Below are positions 9,251-17,251 of a DNA stretch of 64,000 nucleotides, in pieces. Both the position numbers and the translations under genes were made by a program. The number at the start of each line of letters is the position of its first letter. Position 1 is the stretch's first letter. Where the stretch lies: the sequence record NZ_CP087960.1; one strand, written 5' to 3'. Origin of the DNA: a plasmid. The notes below the pieces were generated by a model, which made no database searches, was not told the origin of the DNA, and saw only the letters and a program-made list of their open reading frames with translations.

Positions 9251-9452
9251 TTTACTCCGTAATACTGAATATGAATCAGTATTAATTATATTAACTTCTT
9301 TTAAAAGCTAAACAATTATTTTAAATTATAATCAACTTTCCCTCTCTTTCAATTTTTTATTAGTTTATCTTGAAAAGAAGAAAATTATTTTTAATGTAAA
9401 CTCAAAATAGAATAAGGAGTAAGATTTTTTTCTTACTCCTTATTTAATGCGT

Positions 9453-10055
9453 CTAAATGTTTTCTCTTTTTTTAATTCTATAAACTTGTTGTCTAGATAT
9501 GCCTACTTTTTTAGCAATAACTGAAATAGGTATATTTTTTTTGCGTAAATCACTAGTTACTGTCTGCCAGACCCATCTGTTACGTGGGTCTTTTGCATTT
9601 GCACCATATTTAATTTTTCTACCAGTGTATACGCCCGCAGCTTTAGCAATTTTGATTCCTTGTGCTTGACGTTCCTTGATTTTTTCACGTTCATTTTGTG
9701 CAACGAACCCCATAAGCTGAACCATCATATCCATCATAAATTGATCAACTAGTGGATTGCCTGTATTTGTTTGTGGTAAGTCGTCAACAATAAAAGAGAC
9801 TTTTATATCTCGTAAGTGTTGGATCAATTTCTTTATATCATTATAATCTCTACTTAATCGATCTAAACTTACTACTTGTAAGGTATCACCTTCACGTAAA
9901 TAATTCATCATTTTTTTGAAAGCGGGGCGGTTAAGACTTTTTCCGCTGTATTTTTCTGAAAAAATTTTATCTGCATGAACTTCTTTTGCTCGAGCAAGTT
10001 GTCGATCCAAGTTTTGTTCTTCAGAACTAACTCTTGCATAAAAAACTAACGCCAT
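9453..10055 (-). CDS. Serine recombinase / resolvase (multimer resolution)
   Basis: N-terminal catalytic region YARVSSEEQNLDRQ; GDTLQVVSLDRLSRD; C-terminal HTH (ISRQQVYRIKKR). Confidence 0.85.
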   Translation of the reverse strand: MALVFYARVSSEEQNLDRQLARAKEVHADKIFSEKYSGKSLNRPAFKKMMNYLREGDTLQVVSLDRLSRDYNDIKKLIQHLRDIKVSFIVDDLPQTNTGNPLVDQFMMDMMVQLMGFVAQNEREKIKERQAQGIKIAKAAGVYTGRKIKYGANAKDPRNRWVWQTVTSDLRKKNIPISVIAKKVGISRQQVYRIKKRENI

Positions 10056-10084
10056 TTACGATTTTCCTTCTTATATTTTGTTAC

Positions 10085-10170
10085 AGTATTATGTTACACT
10101 TTTTTTCGTTGCTTTTCAGCAATAAGAAAGTGTAACAATAGGGGACACCCTAATGTTACACTAAACAGAT
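10085..10170. promoter_or_regulatory. Candidate res site: three copies of the 9-bp motif TGTTACACT (10092-10100; inverted at 10129-10137; 10154-10162) upstream of the resolvase
   Basis: Motif copies read directly; location 5' of the resolvase start is typical for res subsites. Confidence 0.4.
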
Positions 10171-10256
10171 ATATTTAATACAACATCTTCTAATTTATGA
10201 TAAAATAAGACGTAAGAGGTAAGACGTAAATAGTAAGAAGTGAAAAGGAGAATACC

Positions 10257-10523
10257 ATGGATAATCCATATACTGGAAAAATATCCCAAAAGGGTCAGTT
10301 AGTAATTCCTGCAGCAATTAGAAAGGCTTTAGGTTTAGATAAAGGGGCTAAAGTTTCTTTTGAAGTAAAAAATAATGAAGTAATTGTAAAAAAGCTTCCG
10401 ACAGCTTTAGATTGGTCAAATTTAATTGCTGAATTACCTGAAGAAAAGGTTGAGATTGATAAAAACGGTCAGTATGATCCAAAAAAATCTCCTAATTTTC
10501 ATGACTGGATGGTTAATGGCTAA
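10257..10523 (+). CDS. AbrB/MazE-family antitoxin (SpoVT/AbrB swapped-hairpin domain)
   Basis: ISQKGQLVIPAAIRKALGLDKGAKV motif; stop overlaps the start of the downstream toxin (TAATG). Confidence 0.65.
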   Translation: MDNPYTGKISQKGQLVIPAAIRKALGLDKGAKVSFEVKNNEVIVKKLPTALDWSNLIAELPEEKVEIDKNGQYDPKKSPNFHDWMVNG

Positions 10524-10870
10524 TGAAACCGATGGAGATTTACATCGCAGACGTACCATTTGATGATAAAGATGATTCAAAAATACGTCCGGCTTTAGTG
10601 GTTAAAGTCAGTGATGAACGTGTAAATATATTTAAAGTAACAACAAAATTTAAAAATAAATCTAAAAAGATAAGGCGACTATATTATCCAATAAAAAAAT
10701 GGAAAGAATCAGGCTTAAAAGAATTATCCTATGTAGATACACATAGAACATATAATATATCACAGAAAGCGGTATTTAGTAGAAAGCCAATTGGTAAGTT
10801 AGATAATGGAGATATTGTTGGGTTATTTGAGTTTATCCAAAAAATAAAAAAGGAAAGCAAAAATGTATGA
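10523..10870 (+). CDS. MazF/PemK-like toxin (divergent member)
   Basis: N-terminus MEIYIADVPFDDKDDSKIRPALVVKVSD parallels MazF GDLIWVDFDPTKGSEQAGHRPAVVLS; TTKFKNKS...YYPI resembles MazF TTQSKGYPFEV; translationally coupled to the AbrB-like gene. Confidence 0.5.
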   Translation: MKPMEIYIADVPFDDKDDSKIRPALVVKVSDERVNIFKVTTKFKNKSKKIRRLYYPIKKWKESGLKELSYVDTHRTYNISQKAVFSRKPIGKLDNGDIVGLFEFIQKIKKESKNV

Positions 10871-11093
10871 TCAAGACCAAATAGTAGAAAACTATAGTAG
10901 ATTACGTAATGATTTCAAATTTCAAAAATCAATGTCAATTTTGATATTAACAGAAGCAGTACTTAACAACAATCAAAACTCTACTATTATTGAGCACGCT
11001 ATAAATACAATTCGAAAAGATTTTACGAAAGACTGGGTTAAACAAATGATTAAATTAATTTGTACTGATCCGGAATTAAGAATTATGTTCTAA
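10863..11093 (+). CDS. hypothetical small protein (76 aa)
   Basis: ORF overlapping the toxin stop by 8 nt; no motif recognised. Confidence 0.25.
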   Translation: MYDQDQIVENYSRLRNDFKFQKSMSILILTEAVLNNNQNSTIIEHAINTIRKDFTKDWVKQMIKLICTDPELRIMF

Positions 11094-11123
11094 ATTAATG
11101 GATTTGATTGAGGAAAAATAACT

Positions 11124-11345
11124 ATGAATAGGTCTACAATAGAAAAATCAATAAAGGAATTTGAAACATATTTTGAAGGAAGACCAAACAAGGTTGAAGT
11201 AGTAACTCGAATCGTATCAAACAAAGCGGCTGATTTTTGGAACAATACATCTAGACTAACAGTTCGAGAAAGAGAAGAAGAAATAAAAGATTTAGGATGT
11301 AATCCACTAGAACAGAAACCAATTGGAAAAGAAAGACTTAAGTAG
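11124..11345 (+). CDS. hypothetical small protein (73 aa)
   Basis: ORF preceded by ggaaaaataactATG; no motif recognised. Confidence 0.25.
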   Translation: MNRSTIEKSIKEFETYFEGRPNKVEVVTRIVSNKAADFWNNTSRLTVREREEEIKDLGCNPLEQKPIGKERLK

Positions 11346-11366
11346 TTATGAAAAATCCAAATAGCT

Positions 11367-11410
11367 AAAAATCGGTATTAGATTGATTAGGTTCAATAAT
11401 ACCGATTTTT
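11367..11410 (+). terminator. Rho-independent terminator (aaaatcggtatt ... aataccgatttt + T-run)
   Basis: 12-bp perfect stem followed by TTTTT. Confidence 0.5.
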
Positions 11411-11423
11411 GTGTGATTAAAGT

Positions 11424-11466
11424 CAATTATTGTACCACATAGTGCATATATATGGTACAATAATTG
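11424..11466. promoter_or_regulatory. 14-bp perfect inverted repeat CAATTATTGTACCA / TGGTACAATAATTG with 15-nt spacer; candidate autoregulatory operator of the RelB/DinJ module
   Basis: Read directly; sits 37 bp upstream of the RelB-like start. Confidence 0.4.
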
Positions 11467-11502
11467 ATGAAGATATAGATAAAGAAAAATAGGTGAATTC
11501 AA

Positions 11503-11802
11503 ATGATAGAAAGAAATATATCAAGATTCCAAGTACGAATCGATTCAGATTTGGTAAGTGGTGTAAAAGCTAAGCTAGCTCAAGCAGGTATTGATCAGCA
11601 AAACATATTAAATGCTTTTTTAACTTATGTTGCATATACTCAAAAAATTCCTTTTCAAAAATTAACCAAAAGAGAAGAATTACAAGCAAAAGCAGCAGCT
11701 ATCTTTGCTGCTGATAATGAGGATAAAGAAATTCCTGAAATTACTAATGAAAAAGACTTAGAAGATTGGTATGCAGAAAATGGTGATAATGATGAAGAAT
11801 GA
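11503..11802 (+). CDS. RelB/DinJ-family antitoxin (ribbon-helix-helix) with an acidic C-terminal extension
   Basis: ISRFQVRIDSDLVSGVKAKLAQAGIDQQNILNAFLTYVAYTQKIPF closely follows the DinJ pattern (RIDEDLK...MGLT...PF). Confidence 0.7.
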   Translation: MIERNISRFQVRIDSDLVSGVKAKLAQAGIDQQNILNAFLTYVAYTQKIPFQKLTKREELQAKAAAIFAADNEDKEIPEITNEKDLEDWYAENGDNDEE

Positions 11803-12208
11803 TCATTTTCAACCGTTTGATGTAGCTTCTATTTTTTGGATTTATGAGGAAGATATAGATAGTAACAAGGATAAAAAGAGGGGGAAGCTTAGACCTGGTT
11901 TAATTACAGGTTTCACTCCAGATGGTAAGGCAGTTTTTCAGAAGATTACCACAAAGTTTAAGAATAAAAGCCCATTCATTAAGCTTAGATACTATAAAAT
12001 TCAAGATTTAAAATCAGCAGGTTTAAATAGAGAATCATATATTGATATTAAAGATAGTAGAATTATTAAATTAGATAATATTGTTAAAAGAGGGAGTCTA
12101 TCAGAAAAGGATATTGATGATTTAATTGATTTTAAACAAACATATCCAGAAAGGCTTAGAAAATTTCAATTAAAACAAATTAATAGGAATAGAGGACTAG
12201 AAAGATGA
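11771..12208 (+). CDS. MazF/PemK-like toxin paralog. The real start is probably at 11789/11792 (MMKNDHF), giving the usual short antitoxin overlap
   Basis: Shares KLRPGLITG...KITTKFKNKS...YYKIQDLKSAGL...SYID with the 10523..10870 protein; ATGA stop/start overlap with the next small ORF. Confidence 0.45.
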   Translation: MQKMVIMMKNDHFQPFDVASIFWIYEEDIDSNKDKKRGKLRPGLITGFTPDGKAVFQKITTKFKNKSPFIKLRYYKIQDLKSAGLNRESYIDIKDSRIIKLDNIVKRGSLSEKDIDDLIDFKQTYPERLRKFQLKQINRNRGLER

Positions 12209-12375
12209 ATAAGGATTTAGTAAGAGTTCAAATGAACTCACAGATTATTGAGGCGGCAGAAAATGTTTTTAAGAAGAATAATTTAACTGCAAGTGAAGCT
12301 GTAACATTATTGTATGAGAATATTTTATTAAAACCAGAATTTCCTTTTCCTTTGCAGGTAGAAAAACATGAGTAA
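12205..12375 (+). CDS. 56-aa DinJ/RelB-like small protein MNKDLVRVQMNSQIIEAAENVFKKNNLTASEAVTLLYENILLKPEFPFPLQVEKHE (not in ORF track)
   Basis: Hand translation; the VRVQMNSQIIEAAENVF...LTASEAVTLL pattern resembles the DinJ N-terminus; start overlaps the toxin stop (ATGA). Confidence 0.45.
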   Translation: MNKDLVRVQMNSQIIEAAENVFKKNNLTASEAVTLLYENILLKPEFPFPLQVEKHE

Positions 12376-12535
12376 ACAAAGATTAGTTTTGATGGTTGAT
12401 GATGACTTGAAAAAAGAGTTTAAAAGGACTGTGGAAGATATGGGACTGACTTCTACGGCTGCTGTTACTCTTTTTATGCAACAAGTAGTAAATCAAAAAA
12501 GAATACCATTTAATCCAACTTATACTAAAAAGTAG
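12368..12535 (+). CDS. 55-aa DinJ/RelB-like small protein MSKQRLVLMVDDDLKKEFKRTVEDMGLTSTAAVTLFMQQVVNQKRIPFNPTYTKK (not in ORF track)
   Basis: Hand translation; VDDDLKKEF / MGLTSTAAVTLF...KRIPF matches DinJ RIDEDLKNQA / MGLTISDLVRI...KALPF; ATG overlaps the previous ORF by 8 nt. Confidence 0.5.
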   Translation: MSKQRLVLMVDDDLKKEFKRTVEDMGLTSTAAVTLFMQQVVNQKRIPFNPTYTKK

Positions 12536-12712
12536 TACGATTTAAAAAACACAGATTTAAAGTTTTTAGATTGAAGAAAAAGTAAATAAAGATGAATAAA
12601 ACTAAAGAGCTTACTATTTTTAAAAAGTAGAAAATATAGATATTTTTTAGAGATATGCGTAGAAAAGAGAGGAGCGATTTTTATCAAAACAATTAATTAT
12701 TACACGAGATTA

Positions 12713-13243
12713 ATGACCATGACCTACCAAGACGCAGTTAATTTTTTACAAAAAAAGTGTAAATGTCATTATGATTACTTTAATGAACAATCTTTTAATA
12801 ATTTAAAACATAGAAATTTTAGAACAAAAAATGGTAATTACCGATTGCCTAACCATAATCCAAAGCGGTCGAAATACAAGTCAGATGGATTAATATTACA
12901 TCATGTTTATGAGAATAAGTTTTCAAATTTATCGTACTTGTCATCTATAAGACAACATAGTGACTTTTTATATCAAAGAAAGAAGAATTTGGTCTATTGT
13001 AACTTGTTAGAACATTTGATTTTGCATGCCTTGATTTTTAAAGAAACAAAAAATGAAAAACTTGGTATAGGTGGTTATAAATCTTTGCCAACTCAGATTG
13101 AAAACTTATATTTAGTTGAGGAAAGCCAAAACGAACAAAATGAACAAGCTAAAATTAATCATGAATTAAAATCAGCAATAGGGTTAACTTGGTCTGAAGT
13201 GAATGAAATATTAGTTGCTAGTAAGGCATTATTAAAAAAATAA
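12713..13243 (+). CDS. hypothetical protein (176 aa); stop codon lies within the IS30 target-site duplication
   Basis: Open frame; Cys/His-containing N-terminus (CKCHYDY ... LHHVYENK) not confidently assignable. Confidence 0.35.
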   Translation: MTMTYQDAVNFLQKKCKCHYDYFNEQSFNNLKHRNFRTKNGNYRLPNHNPKRSKYKSDGLILHHVYENKFSNLSYLSSIRQHSDFLYQRKKNLVYCNLLEHLILHALIFKETKNEKLGIGGYKSLPTQIENLYLVEESQNEQNEQAKINHELKSAIGLTWSEVNEILVASKALLKK

Positions 13244-13247
13244 TTAT

Positions 13248-14435
13248 CGTTGATTGTAAAATCAAATTGAACACTTTAGAAAAATAAAAAGTCCATTCGG
13301 ACCTGTTTGATAGAATGTTAATAACCACAAAAACTTTCTATTGGAGGTCAAAATGGACTCTTTACATTCTACCATGAACCAGCACGTTAAAGGAAAGCAT
13401 TTATCATTTGAAGAGCGAGTTATTATTCAATTGCGTTTGAAAGATGGCTGCTCTTTGCGTGCAATTGCTCGTGAACTCAACTGTTCTCCTTCTACTATCA
13501 GTTATGAGATTAAACGTGGCACTGTAAAACTGTATCATGGTAAAGTCAAAAGATACAAGGCTACTCAAGGACATGATGTATATCAAGCTCATCGTAAAAA
13601 TTGTGGGCGCAAATCAGACTTTCTCAAAAAAACTCAATTTATTCACTATGTCCACAAACATTTCTTTAAAGACGGTTGGTCGCTTGATGTTTGCAGTAAT
13701 CGTGCCACTGCTGCTGGCGAATTCTCTAGCAGCGATGTTGTCTGCACCAAAACTCTTTATAATTACGTTGATAAGGGCTTATTAGGCATTTATAATTACG
13801 ACTTGCCTGAGAAGCTTAAACGCAATACCAAGCTTCATCGTGTTCGCAAAAACAAGAAAAAGCTTGGCAGAAGTATTGAAGAACGTCCAAAAGAAATTAG
13901 TGAACGTAATGAATTCGGTCATTGGGAATGCGATTTGGTTCTTGGACATAAGACTAAAGATGATGAAGTGCTGTTAACCTTATCTGAGCGCATGAGTCGT
14001 GAATTCTTAATTATTCGTATTCCCGACAAGACTTCTATCAGTGTCATGCAAGCCTTTAAAGAACTCCAAAGACAATACAGTGAACACTGGAATGATATTT
14101 TTAAAACTATTACCACTGATAATGGTTCAGAATTTGCGGATCTGTCCAACCTAGAAGAAGCATCCAATACACTGGTTTACTATGCCCATCCTTACACTTC
14201 TTGTGATAAGGGAACAGTTGAAAGACACAATGGTCTTATTCGCAGATTCATTCCTAAAGGAGAAGCAATAGCTAACTATTCTTTACAAAATATCATTGAT
14301 ATTGAAACCTGGTGCAACTCATTGCCAAGAAAGATCTTAGCTTATCATACACCAGATGAAATCTTTGAAAGAGAATTAGATCGAATCTATCAAGCAGCTT
14401 AACCAAAAGTGTTCAATTTATTATTGCAATTTACG
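13248..14435 (+). mobile_element. IS30-family insertion sequence, copy 1 (1188 bp), flanked by the 13-bp direct repeat AAAAAATAATTAT (13235-13247 and 14436-14448)
   Basis: Boundaries set by comparing the two identical copies. Imperfect terminal inverted repeats CGTTGATTGTAAAATCAAATTGAACAC / GTGTTCAATTTATTATTGCAATTTACG. Flanking direct repeats read directly. Confidence 0.8.
13341..14402 (+). CDS. IS30-family transposase (353 aa)
   Basis: N-terminal HTH and DDE region typical of IS30 transposases; identical copy at 20767..21828 (minus). Confidence 0.85.
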   Translation: MEVKMDSLHSTMNQHVKGKHLSFEERVIIQLRLKDGCSLRAIARELNCSPSTISYEIKRGTVKLYHGKVKRYKATQGHDVYQAHRKNCGRKSDFLKKTQFIHYVHKHFFKDGWSLDVCSNRATAAGEFSSSDVVCTKTLYNYVDKGLLGIYNYDLPEKLKRNTKLHRVRKNKKKLGRSIEERPKEISERNEFGHWECDLVLGHKTKDDEVLLTLSERMSREFLIIRIPDKTSISVMQAFKELQRQYSEHWNDIFKTITTDNGSEFADLSNLEEASNTLVYYAHPYTSCDKGTVERHNGLIRRFIPKGEAIANYSLQNIIDIETWCNSLPRKILAYHTPDEIFERELDRIYQAA

Positions 14436-14507
14436 AAAAAATAATTATATGTATGTTTAGATATTTATTAATTAAAATTAGACTCGAAGAAAATATTCAA
14501 AGAAAAA

Positions 14508-14545
14508 GAATCAAACATCTTTTTTCCAGTTGTTTGATTCTTTCT
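14508..14545 (-). terminator. Hairpin aagaatcaaac / gtttgattctt; T-run on the minus strand
   Basis: 11-bp perfect stem; one of three hairpins downstream of the minus-strand lanA-like gene. Confidence 0.35.
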
Positions 14546-14568
14546 CAAAACTATTCATCTTCTACTTT

Positions 14569-14598
14569 AGGCTGTTTGACAAACAGCCTTTTTATTTT
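14569..14598 (+). terminator. Hairpin aggctgtttg / caaacagcct + TTTTTATTTT
   Basis: 10-bp perfect stem plus T-run, read directly. Confidence 0.35.
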
Positions 14599-14615
14599 CT
14601 ATTTAATCTACAAAA

Positions 14616-14652
14616 ATCCTGTTGATGGATATTATAATATCCATCAACAGGA
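14616..14652. terminator. Bidirectional terminator: perfect 16-bp stem cctgttgatggatatt / aatatccatcaacagg with A/T runs on both sides; immediately downstream of the precursor-peptide gene
   Basis: Read directly; 24 nt after the lanA-like stop on the minus strand. Confidence 0.55.
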
Positions 14653-14675
14653 TAAATTTTTATAATCTATAAATA

Positions 14676-14774
14676 TTATTTAGTAGAAATTTGATTGCTA
14701 CAAATTCCAGTCCATTCAGCTTCTGTAGCGTTAACTTCTACATCTAGTTCTTGTAATTCAATTAATTCTTGCAT
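14676..14774 (-). CDS. Lanthipeptide precursor peptide (32 aa) MQELIELQELDVEVNATEAEWTGICSNQISTK, class III-type leader (not in ORF track)
   Basis: Hand translation of the minus strand; strong RBS ggaggatcattattATG; leader contains LIELQEL (class III leaders carry a conserved ILELQ-type motif); C-terminal core is rich in Thr/Ser with a single Cys; divergent from the synthetase gene. Confidence 0.6.
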   Translation of the reverse strand: MQELIELQELDVEVNATEAEWTGICSNQISTK

Positions 14775-14836
14775 AATAATGATCCTCCTAAAAAAATATT
14801 AAAATAAAATTTTATAAAACAAATTTTATAGTGAAC

Positions 14837-14865
14837 ATATTAATATTATATTTAATTAATGTCAA
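14837..14865 (-). promoter_or_regulatory. Predicted sigma-A promoter for the precursor gene: -35 TTGACA (14860-14865), 17-nt spacer, -10 TAATAT (14837-14842)
   Basis: Consensus hexamers with ideal spacing read on the minus strand about 60 nt upstream of the precursor ATG. Confidence 0.4.
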
Positions 14866-14883
14866 TAAAAAATAATAAAAATA

Positions 14884-14911
14884 TTGATTTTTGTTAAAAA
14901 TATTGTAGAAT
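14884..14911 (+). promoter_or_regulatory. Predicted promoter for the synthetase operon: -35 TTGATT, 16-nt spacer, -10 TAGAAT; RBS aaggag before the ATG at 14938
   Basis: Hexamers read directly in the divergent intergenic region. Confidence 0.3.
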
Positions 14912-14937
14912 TATGAAAAAAGGAGATATATTTTATC

Positions 14938-17238
14938 ATGAACGATAGATTATTTTGGAACTTTAACGATAAAATATCTGGAAATTATATGTGGTATAGT
15001 ACTTCAATTCTGCCGTTATCATTGAATTATGAAGATTTAAGAAAAGTAAGTAGAAATAAAGATCATTATTTTCTTCAATTTAATTTTTCAAAAAATAAAA
15101 TTCAAGAACATCAAGGGTTTAAAATACATATTTCAGCAACTATTAAGAATTATGAACAGATACTAGACATAATTTTTAATTTTTGCAAAAAAAATAATAT
15201 TACATTTAAATATATTGCTAATAAATATGAACTAGAAAAGAATTTTTCTGGACTATGTTCGTTTTGGAGTACAGGAAAGTTTATAACTATATATCCTCAG
15301 CCTGGAGATTTTAGGTCAATAGTTTCTAAACTTTATTCGCTCCACGAATTAAAAGAACTAAAGGGTATATATATATTAACTGATCGGCGTTATAAGGACT
15401 CTAATGTAATATTTTATAGATATGGAATTCTGAATAATGATTCAAATAAATGTATTTTTGATCCAAATGGAAAATATCTATATACAGACTATTCAATTGC
15501 TAAATATCAGTTACCATATTTTGTAAATGAACCATTTCCCATAAATAAGGATGAGGTAAGTCCTCACAGTAAGTACTTATTTTTGAAGTATACACCTATT
15601 CGGAACATATATAAGAAGTCCTCGGGGTCAGTATATTGTGTAAAAAGTAATAATGGTGATACATATATTCTAAAAAATGCACGTCCAAATTTTTCAGATG
15701 GTAATAGTACTCAAATTGAGAGACTAAAGAATGAAAAAATAAAATTAAAAAAATTAATTGATTTTAATTTCTTTCCGCATGTGGTTGAAAGTTTTATAGA
15801 AAATGATAATTATTTTTTAGTCGAAACATTAGTTACAGGTGTAACTGTTAATAAATTTCGTGCAGAAGATTTATCAGGATATGCAACAGATACCCAAATT
15901 TTACCTAAGAGCTTTAAAGTTTTAGAAATAATAAAAGATATGTGTAGAAAGTTACTTGCATTACATAAAAAAGATATCTTCTTAGGAGATATATCCGCAA
16001 ACAATATATTAGTTAATGAAAAAACATCAACAATTAATTTTGTAGATGTTGAACAGACTGAATTTAATGTTTCTAAGAAAAAGATATCTTGTTTTTTTAG
16101 AACACCGGGTTTTTTTGATAAAAAAACGGCTACTCTTCCTCCTTTGCAGCAAGATATACAGCAATTAGGATATGTAATTATGTCTCTCTTTTGTAGAGCT
16201 AATTCTTTCTTAGAAATTGATTCATCGGGTAAAACTACAATTTCATTTTTTAAGGAATTTGCAAAGATATATCATATACCTAAAGCTTTAGTTGAGATAC
16301 CATTAACTCTGATTAGAAATCCTAGAGAATCTTCTTTAAAAAGTGTTTTAAATGTAAAACTAATTTTAGATTTTGAAAGTGATAAAGAGAAAATTTGTAC
16401 CTTTCCTGAAGATCTTTTGCTTAAGTTAAGACATACTTATTTTTGTGGTAAGTTAGATAATATTTGCTCACAAGATATTGAACAAATATCCTTTTTTAAT
16501 AAAGAAGACGTTTTGTATACAGATAAAATTCTCAATTTAAATATGAGATATTTAGAAAACAAAAATACTAATTCAATATCGCAAGAAAGCAAAAACGCAA
16601 TAAATTTAGCAAAAAAAGAATTAGTAAATTGTTTTTCCAATGCAATTAAATCAGAATTGGAGTCACGTGACTTAAGTATATTTTTAAGTGTTTTAAATTG
16701 TTACTTTTTTGCTAATAACTTTGATATAAATACACAGAAAGAAAAGGAAGATATTGAAACAATAATAGATTACTTGCTAACAAATTACAAAGTCGTTAAT
16801 AATGGTCTTGTTGGATTTCGAAAATCGAAAAAATCAGTTTATATTATGCCATATATATCGAGTGGAACAGCAGGTATTTTGATAGTTTTATTGTTTTATA
16901 AATATATAAGTGACACCGATAAATATGATGAAATAATAAAAACAATAGCATATGGATTTAAATTAACGACGTTACCTAAATCTGGTGGCTTTGCTAATGG
17001 TCTATCTGGAATTGTTTACGCACTTCTTTTATATAGAAAAGTAACAGATGATAGTAAGATTGATAATTTGACTAAGAAAATGATCAATGAATTACATATG
17101 TATACTATATATTTATCAAATAATTTATATGTGATTTCAGATGATTTTAAACATGTAAGCCTAGATTTTGTGGATGGTAATTTAGGCATGATTAAAGTTC
17201 TGGAAAAGGCAAAAAAAGTTCTCAATTGGGAAAGCTGA
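14938..17238 (+). CDS. Class III-type lanthipeptide synthetase (LanKC-like): N-terminal lyase, central Ser/Thr-kinase, C-terminal LanC-like cyclase lacking Zn ligands
   Basis: Kinase-like catalytic loop HKKDIFLGDISANNILVN and DFG-like FVDVEQ. C-terminal GGFANGLSGIVYALLL corresponds to the LanC GxAHGxxG motif but has no His. No CHG or WCxG Zn-ligand motifs (DFVDGNLG instead), as expected for class III rather than class IV. Confidence 0.65.
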   Translation: MNDRLFWNFNDKISGNYMWYSTSILPLSLNYEDLRKVSRNKDHYFLQFNFSKNKIQEHQGFKIHISATIKNYEQILDIIFNFCKKNNITFKYIANKYELEKNFSGLCSFWSTGKFITIYPQPGDFRSIVSKLYSLHELKELKGIYILTDRRYKDSNVIFYRYGILNNDSNKCIFDPNGKYLYTDYSIAKYQLPYFVNEPFPINKDEVSPHSKYLFLKYTPIRNIYKKSSGSVYCVKSNNGDTYILKNARPNFSDGNSTQIERLKNEKIKLKKLIDFNFFPHVVESFIENDNYFLVETLVTGVTVNKFRAEDLSGYATDTQILPKSFKVLEIIKDMCRKLLALHKKDIFLGDISANNILVNEKTSTINFVDVEQTEFNVSKKKISCFFRTPGFFDKKTATLPPLQQDIQQLGYVIMSLFCRANSFLEIDSSGKTTISFFKEFAKIYHIPKALVEIPLTLIRNPRESSLKSVLNVKLILDFESDKEKICTFPEDLLLKLRHTYFCGKLDNICSQDIEQISFFNKEDVLYTDKILNLNMRYLENKNTNSISQESKNAINLAKKELVNCFSNAIKSELESRDLSIFLSVLNCYFFANNFDINTQKEKEDIETIIDYLLTNYKVVNNGLVGFRKSKKSVYIMPYISSGTAGILIVLLFYKYISDTDKYDEIIKTIAYGFKLTTLPKSGGFANGLSGIVYALLLYRKVTDDSKIDNLTKKMINELHMYTIYLSNNLYVISDDFKHVSLDFVDGNLGMIKVLEKAKKVLNWES

Positions 17239-17251
17239 GGTGAATTAGCTA

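Noticed and set aside
13404-14167. Small ORFs inside the IS30 elements (13404..13592, 13537..13785, 13919..14167 and their mirror copies at 21002..21765)
   Set aside because: They overlap the transposase gene in other frames and are identical in both copies only because the IS is duplicated.
14453-14665. 70-aa plus-strand ORF between IS copy 1 and the precursor gene
   Set aside because: It spans three terminator hairpins in an AT-rich spacer and has no RBS. It is likely spurious.
14938-17238. LanM (class II) or LanL (class IV) synthetase
   Set aside because: The N-terminal OspF-like lyase + kinase layout excludes LanM. The C-terminal LanC-like domain lacks the Cys/His Zn ligands (GFANG instead of GxAHG; no CHG/WCxG), which argues against class IV.
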